NCBI GenBank assembly: GCA_022566415.1
Contig: JADFIY010000003.1
Coordinates: 14,470-38,469, forward strand
Direction of reading: 5' to 3'
Length of the DNA stretch: 24,000 nt
Origin: Acidobacteriota bacterium
Lineage (GTDB): Bacteria; Actinomycetota; Acidimicrobiia; Spongiisociales; UBA5794
Shown here: positions 15,613 through 21,759 of the stretch, piece by piece
How the letters are laid out: each line of letters begins with the position of its first letter
Position numbering within the stretch: position 1 is the first letter of the stretch
Position numbers and translations under genes: made by a program
The notes under the pieces: generated by a model
Database searches by the model: none
Told to the model about the DNA's origin: nothing
The model's input: only the letters and a program-made list of their open reading frames with translations

Positions 15613-16605
15613 TTAGCCGGGGAACGGTAGCCCCGCCGGGCCCTTGCGGACCACGGCGGCCCACACCGTGTCGTAGTGGTCCCTGTCGAACGCATCGATA
15701 TGGGGGAGGACGAACTCCTCCCAGGCGCTCCGTAACGGATCCTCGGCCTCGGCGTACATATCGAGACCGGCGGGGAGGCGGTCGAGGACCGTTCGAAGAC
15801 TCATCGGCGTTTCCACCCTGGTGGTAGCGTCGCCGGCTATGAACGACTCGTTGATCTCGACGGCGAGCTTCGGGATCATCTCGACGAGCTCCTTGCGCAT
15901 GTCCGGATGGCGGCGCAGCAGCATCAGCTGAAGCTCATCCTCTGACGGGAATTCCTTCTCCCAGATGATCCATCGGTCGGCGAAGGCCTTGTTCAGGGTC
16001 TGGGTCCCGGCATAGTCCCTCAGGTCAGTCGGGTTGAACGTTCCGAACACGCGCACATCATCGCGGAGGCGAACCATCTCCCCGGTCGGGAGCTCGAGCG
16101 CCTGGTGGCGATCGAGGAGCCCATGCAACGCGAACAGGGTCTCGGCTCCTGCGGCATTCAACTCCGAAAGGTTCACCAACGCCGGTCCGCGAATAGCTCT
16201 GGTGATGTCGCCATCCTCCCACCGGCTCTCGGTGCCACCCTTGCCATCACCGTGCAGCTTCACCGACCCGATGAGGGTGATGTCTCGCACTTCACCGGTC
16301 AGGGGGATGCGGTAGTAGGGGAGCCTGGTGAGCGCGGCGAATTGCTCGAGGTCGTGGTCCTTTCCTGTGCCCATGTGACCTCGCAGCGCAAGGTGGAGTG
16401 GGATCCCCTCGAAGCGGCTCTTTCTGGTCTGTTCGAGCATGGCGAGGCGGTACAGCATGCCGATGTCGACGTAGTAGGGATCGGGCTCCGGGATGTGGTC
16501 GTGGCGCAGATCGGCGTCTGGGACGTCTTTTGGAATCGTCACCGTTTCCAGCTCAATTGGTTTCCCCACGCCTGCGGGATCCTCGAAGGTGACGGTGTCG
16601 GCCAT
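15613..16605 (-). CDS. AAA+ ATPase, CobS/MoxR (AAA_5) type
   Basis: P-loop GHMGTGKD (16357-16380), Walker B region ALVNLSELNA (16153-16182), and the CobS-like FGTFNPTDLRDYAGTQTLNKAFADRW. The track ORF starts at GTG 16662 and overlaps the upstream gene. I prefer ATG 16605, with AGGAG 4 nt upstream and 8 nt after the upstream stop. Confidence 0.85.
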   Translation of the reverse strand: MADTVTFEDPAGVGKPIELETVTIPKDVPDADLRHDHIPEPDPYYVDIGMLYRLAMLEQTRKSRFEGIPLHLALRGHMGTGKDHDLEQFAALTRLPYYRIPLTGEVRDITLIGSVKLHGDGKGGTESRWEDGDITRAIRGPALVNLSELNAAGAETLFALHGLLDRHQALELPTGEMVRLRDDVRVFGTFNPTDLRDYAGTQTLNKAFADRWIIWEKEFPSEDELQLMLLRRHPDMRKELVEMIPKLAVEINESFIAGDATTRVETPMSLRTVLDRLPAGLDMYAEAEDPLRSAWEEFVLPHIDAFDRDHYDTVWAAVVRKGPAGLPFPG

Positions 16606-16613
16606 GGTGCTCC

Positions 16614-18842
16614 TCAGTTGGCGTATGAGTTGTCTGTGATCTGTCGGGTTGCGTCCATCCACCAGCTACCGCCGCCGCCTGCTGTGATCGAGCGGAACAG
16701 CGACGCTCGCACCCCGTCGATCATCGCCGTGGCGAGCGCATCCGGCTGCTGGACGACAGCGTTGCGTTGATAGGCGGCCTGCACGGTGTCGTCCCCGATC
16801 CCTATCCCGAGCACGGTCGTGCCGCCGCGATCGATCGACGATGTGGTCGCGGCGAGGGCGGCGACCGAGCCGCGGGTCATCCCGTCGGCGAGCACGACGA
16901 TGATTCGATGCGACACGTTGCGCGACGAGAGCCGCTCTGCAGCGTAGGCGAGGTTGAACTCATCGACGTTGGCGGCCTTGTCGAACATCGCCAACGGAGG
17001 GGCGACGAGTGGGTTCCTGCGGGTCTCTCTGACGGCTTCCCGCGGTGTGGCCGCCATCCAGAACAAGCCGGCGAGGACCTCTTCAGCGCCGCGCCATCGG
17101 TCGCTGAACCGCTTGACGAGATAGTGGTTGACGGTGAGGGTGAGTCGCTCCGCGGAACCACCCTGGGTTCGCCGGAGCGCCCCGGTCGTTCTTCCCCGGC
17201 GCTCGACATACGAGCGCTGTGTGTCGTCGGGCGCCGCAACGAACCCGCGGTTGAAGATGGCCACCTCGAACTCGATCTGTAGCTCGTCGGCGAGCCGCGC
17301 CAGCGTCCAGGCGCCGAGGATGGCGGCGGCGAGCGCCCACGGCTTCTTGCGCCCATTGGGCAGCTCGCGGGCCTGAAGCATCGATGCCGAGCCGTCTACG
17401 AGCAGGCTGACTCCGTAGGACCGCCGGTTGGGCAGATCGCGCCGCTCAAACATTCGCTCGTAGAAGCCACCGGCCAGGAGGAGCGGCGTGTACGGAGAGA
17501 GGTCACCGGCATCGAACCCGGTGCGTAGTCCCCTGCGCTGGTTGGCGAGAAACAACGGATAGAGCGCTCCGGACACCCGGCGCTGGGCAACCCCCCACTC
17601 ATCGGCTGCGGCCAGCAGCATCTTGCGACCCTGGGGACCAAACCGGCTGAAGGAGTACGGGAGGTCGGTGACGATGAGTTTGCCGGATTGACCCGTTGGC
17701 AGGTACACCGTTGGGCTGGTCGACACCTTCATCAGCTGATCGGTTGCAGGATCGCCTGCCTGATCCGCCTCCCCATGACGACCGTGCTCGGCAGAAACCG
17801 CCTGCGCCGCCTGGCGGGTCTGCTCGTACGAATCCTGGTCTGCGAGCGGCGGGGTGACCACCCTCACCGCGTCGACACTCTCGACGATTGACGACTGATC
17901 TGCCTCGCGGCCCTCGCTCCGGCCGATGGGGGCGTCGGCTGCTGCCCCCTCGGTGAGGATGCCGTGCATACGCGCCACCTCGATCAGCTGGAGCGCGACC
18001 CCACCGACCGTCCACGGATCTTCCAACTCGGGCATCGGGTCGAGGAAGGGCATGGCGTCGTCGATGGCCAGGGCAACGTGCGGAGCAGCCATCTTCTGCA
18101 ACGCCTCCCGATCGAGATAGTCGCCGACGAGCAGGAAACAGGCCAGGGCGAATTGGCCGAGCGGCCTTGCTTTGGCGAACCCACCGGGGACCGCCGCCCG
18201 GTACAGGTCGGAGAGCACAGACCGGGCTCCAGGAAAGGGCGCCATGTGCTTGCGTTCCTGGCGAGCGTCCTCGATGGCGAAGAACATCGCCTGGGCGGCC
18301 GGACCGGCCACCGTGCTCAGCGCATCGAGGAGCGATACGGCCGACACCGTCGGCACGTCGTCATAGCGGTACACCTGATCGTCGTCAGCGGAGGTGGGGT
18401 CAGGCTCGGTCCACTCGTAGGTGGTCAGCTCGGCGAGCGGAGGCGGTTCTGCGGTGTTCTCCAGCGACTCTCGGTGCGCCATCCACGAGTCGGGGATCGG
18501 ACGCTCCTCTTCGAAATCGGTGGCGATCAGGTGCACCGCCTCGTGCAGCGCCGAGGTGAGTGCAACCTCGGTTGGGGTCACCGGAGCCGCCCGTGCGTAC
18601 GCGGCCTGAAACACTCCGGGGTCGATCACGATCTCATCGGGTGAAGCGGACGCTTGCGAACCGAGTCGCACCGTGAGCTCATCGTTGCCTGCGATCGATC
18701 GAGCGAAACGGGTCACCGCCGGTGCGACACGCTGGTAGCGGGCGACAACGGCCTCGATCACCCGATCTTCGGGTGGAAGGACCTCGCGGAGAACTGACTC
18801 ATCGTGGGCGCGCATGAACAGACCATTGTAAGGGCCTGTCAA
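16614..18842 (-). CDS. CobT/NorD-like protein with a C-terminal von Willebrand factor A (VWA) domain and an N-terminal HExxH motif
   Basis: 742 aa. MIDAS-like DGSAS (17382-17396) within SYGVSLLVDGSASM, and a late VWA strand IIVVLADG. CobT-like AIEDARQERKHMAPFPGARSVLSDLY. HEAVH at 18531-18545. The start is uncertain: TTG 18842 or ATG 18815. Confidence 0.8.
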   Translation of the reverse strand: MTGPYNGLFMRAHDESVLREVLPPEDRVIEAVVARYQRVAPAVTRFARSIAGNDELTVRLGSQASASPDEIVIDPGVFQAAYARAAPVTPTEVALTSALHEAVHLIATDFEEERPIPDSWMAHRESLENTAEPPPLAELTTYEWTEPDPTSADDDQVYRYDDVPTVSAVSLLDALSTVAGPAAQAMFFAIEDARQERKHMAPFPGARSVLSDLYRAAVPGGFAKARPLGQFALACFLLVGDYLDREALQKMAAPHVALAIDDAMPFLDPMPELEDPWTVGGVALQLIEVARMHGILTEGAAADAPIGRSEGREADQSSIVESVDAVRVVTPPLADQDSYEQTRQAAQAVSAEHGRHGEADQAGDPATDQLMKVSTSPTVYLPTGQSGKLIVTDLPYSFSRFGPQGRKMLLAAADEWGVAQRRVSGALYPLFLANQRRGLRTGFDAGDLSPYTPLLLAGGFYERMFERRDLPNRRSYGVSLLVDGSASMLQARELPNGRKKPWALAAAILGAWTLARLADELQIEFEVAIFNRGFVAAPDDTQRSYVERRGRTTGALRRTQGGSAERLTLTVNHYLVKRFSDRWRGAEEVLAGLFWMAATPREAVRETRRNPLVAPPLAMFDKAANVDEFNLAYAAERLSSRNVSHRIIVVLADGMTRGSVAALAATTSSIDRGGTTVLGIGIGDDTVQAAYQRNAVVQQPDALATAMIDGVRASLFRSITAGGGGSWWMDATRQITDNSYAN

Positions 18843-18844
18843 AT

Positions 18845-18879
18845 GCGAGTAGCCAGTGGCAAGTAGCAGAACGTCGTAC
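18845..18879. repeat. Degenerate heptanucleotide array (GCNAGTN)n
   Basis: GCGAGTA GCCAGTG GCAAGTA GCAGAAC GTCGTAC, immediately upstream of the VWA gene start. Confidence 0.7.
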
Positions 18880-18913
18880 TTGATAGTTGCCCCGCTGGGG
18901 AGGGAGGGGCGCT

Positions 18914-18955
18914 TCGAGTCCGAGTCGCCAATCGCCAGTCGTGAGTCGCGGTCGG
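18914..18955. repeat. Degenerate heptanucleotide array (NNAGTCG)n
   Basis: TCGAGTC CGAGTCG CCAATCG CCAGTCG TGAGTCG CGGTCGG. It shares the AGTCG core with the arrays at 10382 and 12417. Confidence 0.7.
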
Positions 18956-19027
18956 GTTTCTCCCCCCTTTGGTGTCGTGCTTGGCGATAGTGCGACGGTT
19001 GGGGTCACGGGTGGAGCTTGGGCCTGA

Positions 19028-19270
19028 GGGGGGAGAACCGGCGCACCCGGGGGAGGGGTGCAGGTCTTTGCTCCCCCTCAGGGGGGAGTGCCCCCCGCAG
19101 GGCGGGGAGGGGGGTCGAGCCGTGACTACGACAAACGGTCCAATCCCCTCCGCCTCGCCAAACCTCGGCACCTCCCTCTGAGGTGAGGCAAAGGGTCCGC
19201 CAATGGCGCCTCGCAGCCAAGCGCGACTGTTCACCTTTTGGGGGAGTACCGCCGGAGGCGGGGAGGGGGG
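19028..19270. repeat. Dispersed G-run-rich ~31-34-nt motif: three direct copies plus an inverted degenerate copy
   Basis: Direct copies at 19028-19058, 19081-19114 and 19240-19270 share GGGGGAG-N(12-15)-GG(C)GGGGAGGGG. The inverted degenerate copy is at 19145-19180. Hairpins: CTCCCCC tcag GGGGGAG (19071-19088) and CCCCGC agg GCGGGG (19093-19107). Confidence 0.75.
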
Positions 19271-19367
19271 CTATTTTGAGGCGAGTGGGCGAGCAAACCT
19301 CGACCGCGTAGGTCACGCCGCCCATGTGTGCTGCGATTGGCGGGTGGTGTCAAGCCGTCGGGCCTGG

Positions 19368-19556
19368 TCACTTCTTGGTCCAGAAGGTGTCGCCGCAGTT
19401 AGGGCACTCCAGTTCCACGTCACCACCAGCCCACCAGCTTCCTTTCCGACTCCTCCCCGTCTCGCGGTAGGCAGTGACCGCCACCGGCTTCCCGCAGGCC
19501 TCGCATGGTTTGGTAGTCAGGTCCTGCCACCGGTCCCGCAGCCAATCCAGCATCAC
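19368..19556 (-). CDS. Small zinc-ribbon protein (two CxxC pairs), hypothetical
   Basis: 62-aa ORF MMLDWLRDRWQDLTTKPCEACGKP...ELECPNCGDTFWTKK, with CxxC-N26-CxxC. GTG 19556 is followed by ATG 19553. No clear SD. Confidence 0.45.
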   Translation of the reverse strand: MMLDWLRDRWQDLTTKPCEACGKPVAVTAYRETGRSRKGSWWAGGDVELECPNCGDTFWTKK

Positions 19557-19761
19557 GGAGACGCCAGGTCGTTATCGGTATCCGCGACAGAGGCAAGCAC
19601 GTCTCTGGAGGGTCGATCGATCATGATTTTCGCCCGAACCGTGCACTCGCCGAAGGCCATCATCGCTCCAGCCTCGCCAAATCATCTCCGAGACTACGCC
19701 CAGAAGCCGTCGCCCATACCTGCCTGATGGGAGGAGTCGGATACCACCCTGTGCGTCGGGA

Positions 19762-20532
19762 TCAGAACCTGAAGTGCTTGACCCCGAGCCCCTCTTCTGC
19801 GATTCGGGTCACCGAATCGATGCCGATCTCGAGGTGAACGTCAGACCATGTCGCGGTCACCTTGCGATCGCTCTCTTGAGTCTTGATGCCTTCTGGTCGT
19901 AGCGGAACATCGGAGACGAGCAAGAGGGCACCGCGGGCAATGCCATTGGCATGACCGACGATGAAGATCGTCGCGGTCTCCATGTCGACTGCGATCGCGG
20001 TCAGCGAGCGCATCTTGTCCAAGAAGCTCAGATCGTGCTCCCAGACGCGGCGGTTCGTCGTATAGACGACGCCGGTCCGATATTCGAGGTGCTTCTTGTC
20101 TACCTCGTCGGACACGATCTTGTGGAGCTCGAACGAAGGCAAGGCCGGAACCGCAGGCGGGAAGTACTCGTCCGACGTCCCCTCACCCCGAATTGCGGCA
20201 ATCGGGAGGATGAAGTGTCCGATCTCCGAGGAGTGCTTCAGGCCGCCGCATTTGCCGAGAAACAGCACGCTCTTGGGATCGACCGCGATGAGGAGATCCA
20301 TCACAGTTGCCGCGTTGGCGGTGCCGATGCCGAAGTTGATGATCGAGATTCCGTCGTCGCTCGTCGCCGACTGCATCGGGAGTCCATTGCCGGCGACGTC
20401 GCAACCAAATCGGTCGGCGAATCGTCCGACGTAGTCGGCAAAGTTCGTCAGCAGGATGTGCGTTCCGAAACCCTCGAGGGGCATTCCCGTGTAACGCGGT
20501 AGCCAATCTCGGGCTATGTCCATTTTTTCCAT
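19762..20532 (-). CDS. AMP nucleosidase-like protein, short form (PNP/UDP phosphorylase-fold catalytic domain only)
   Basis: 256 aa. RYTGMPLEGFGTHILLTNFADYV resembles the start of the Amn catalytic domain. NFGIGTANAA and AVDMETA are PNP_UDP_1-fold motifs. Confidence 0.7.
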   Translation of the reverse strand: MEKMDIARDWLPRYTGMPLEGFGTHILLTNFADYVGRFADRFGCDVAGNGLPMQSATSDDGISIINFGIGTANAATVMDLLIAVDPKSVLFLGKCGGLKHSSEIGHFILPIAAIRGEGTSDEYFPPAVPALPSFELHKIVSDEVDKKHLEYRTGVVYTTNRRVWEHDLSFLDKMRSLTAIAVDMETATIFIVGHANGIARGALLLVSDVPLRPEGIKTQESDRKVTATWSDVHLEIGIDSVTRIAEEGLGVKHFRF

Positions 20533-20616
20533 TGCGCTGCGACTTTAGGGTCGTAACCCAAGCCAGCAACATGCTGCGTCATAGCCGTGCGCGTTGAAGT
20601 GCGTAGACCCATGGGT

Positions 20617-20651
20617 TCGTAATACGTTGTACGTGATACGGAATACGGCCC
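20617..20651. repeat. Degenerate heptanucleotide array (ACGNNAT)n
   Basis: TCGTAAT ACGTTGT ACGTGAT ACGGAAT ACGGCCC; ends 16 nt before the arfB ATG. Related to the ACGTATT array at 23803. Confidence 0.7.
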
Positions 20652-20667
20652 TGCATACTGTTGGCTC

Positions 20668-21084
20668 ATGGACGACCTGCGCGTCTCGGACGAGGTCACG
20701 ATTCCCGCCGCCGAACTGGAATGGACGTTTCTTCCCAGCGGAGGGCCGGGCGGGCAGCATGCGAATCGGGCGTCTACCAAGGTCGTGCTGCGCTTCGATG
20801 CCGCGGCCTCCGCTGCCTTCGACGAGGCGACCCGCCGGCTTGTGATCGACCGGTTGCCGGAGCCCGTGGTCGCGGTCACCGTCGACGAGACGCGGTCGCA
20901 GTGGAGGAATCGACGGATCGCCAGACAACGGCTCCGCGAGCGGCTTATTGCCCTGCTGGCGCCAGATCCCCCGCAGCGCAAACAGACGCGCCCGAGCCGG
21001 TCGGCGAAGCAACGGAGGCTCGACACCAAACGAGCGCGTTCTCAGCAGAAGTCGCTCCGCAGACCGCCCGCCGTAGAAGACTGA
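20668..21084 (+). CDS. arfB: Alternative ribosome-rescue factor ArfB (YaeJ-type peptidyl-tRNA hydrolase)
   Basis: 138 aa. GGQ motif in SGGPGGQHANRASTKV, and a basic C-terminal tail (KQTRPSRSAKQRRLDTKRARSQQKSLRR). Confidence 0.92.
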   Translation: MDDLRVSDEVTIPAAELEWTFLPSGGPGGQHANRASTKVVLRFDAAASAAFDEATRRLVIDRLPEPVVAVTVDETRSQWRNRRIARQRLRERLIALLAPDPPQRKQTRPSRSAKQRRLDTKRARSQQKSLRRPPAVED

Positions 21085-21087
21085 GCG

Positions 21088-21732
21088 ATGTCGATCATCC
21101 CGTTCTACGGCGTCGATCGTCCCGATCTGTTCGCCATCGAGCGCGCGGCAATGGACCGGCCGGGCCGCGTCATCGAGCGGCTCGACCGGTTGCTCCCCGC
21201 GGGGACGATCGCCGACATCGGGGCAGGCGACGGCTTCACTGCCGAGCGGCTCGCCAACCCGCAGCGCAGGATCGTCGCCGTTGAGCCCGCCAGGGCCATG
21301 ATCGACCGCAGCCGCCACCGGACCTGGGTACAGGCCGATGCCGAGGCGCTTCCGTTTGGTAATGGTTCCCTCGACGCTGCATACGCCACCTGGGCATACT
21401 TCTTCTCGCGAGGGCCGCTCGATCCCACTCCCGGCCTCGAGGAACTCCACCGCACGGTGAAGCCGGGTGGCACCATTGTCATCGCCGACAACGCCGGGGA
21501 CGACGAGTTCTGTGCGTTTTCGCAGCACGACATCTCGGCAGATCCCAGGTTTTGGCGAGGGCGCGGTTTCGGCATCGAGATCGTCGACACCGTATTTGCC
21601 TTCGAGACCGCAGCGGACGCCTGGCGGCTGCTCGATTTCTATTTCGATGGGATCGGGTCGGCGCCACCGACGCAGCTCACCTATCGGGTTGCTCTTTTCA
21701 TCGGGGTGAGCCAGGGCCCCCCGCGCTACTGA
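21088..21732 (+). CDS. Class I SAM-dependent methyltransferase
   Basis: 214 aa. Motif I IADIGAGDGFTAERLA and a post-I acidic residue (VAVEP); VKPGGTIVIAD. The ATG lies 3 nt after the arfB stop. Confidence 0.85.
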   Translation: MSIIPFYGVDRPDLFAIERAAMDRPGRVIERLDRLLPAGTIADIGAGDGFTAERLANPQRRIVAVEPARAMIDRSRHRTWVQADAEALPFGNGSLDAAYATWAYFFSRGPLDPTPGLEELHRTVKPGGTIVIADNAGDDEFCAFSQHDISADPRFWRGRGFGIEIVDTVFAFETAADAWRLLDFYFDGIGSAPPTQLTYRVALFIGVSQGPPRY

Positions 21733-21759
21733 GCGACCGACCTCCCTAACATCGCGGCC

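Noticed and set aside
16606-16662. N-terminal extension of the AAA+ ORF from GTG 16662, overlapping the VWA gene by 49 nt.
   Set aside because: ATG 16605 has a strong AGGAG 4 nt upstream and lies 8 nt after the upstream stop. The extension has no recognisable conserved content.
15613-18842. Calling the AAA+/VWA pair aerobic cobaltochelatase subunits CobS/CobT.
   Set aside because: The similarity is at family level only. No cobN or other cobalamin genes are in the window, and the flanking genes are unrelated to corrin synthesis. The names are kept as CobS-like / CobT-like.
18839-19727. ORFs 18839..19234 -, 18969..19181 +, 19005..19325 - and 19203..19727 + as genes in the repeat region.
   Set aside because: The translations are dominated by Gly/Pro/Arg runs produced by G/C homopolymer tracts. 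They have no start signals and mutually overlap, and 19203..19727 runs antisense to the zinc-ribbon ORF.
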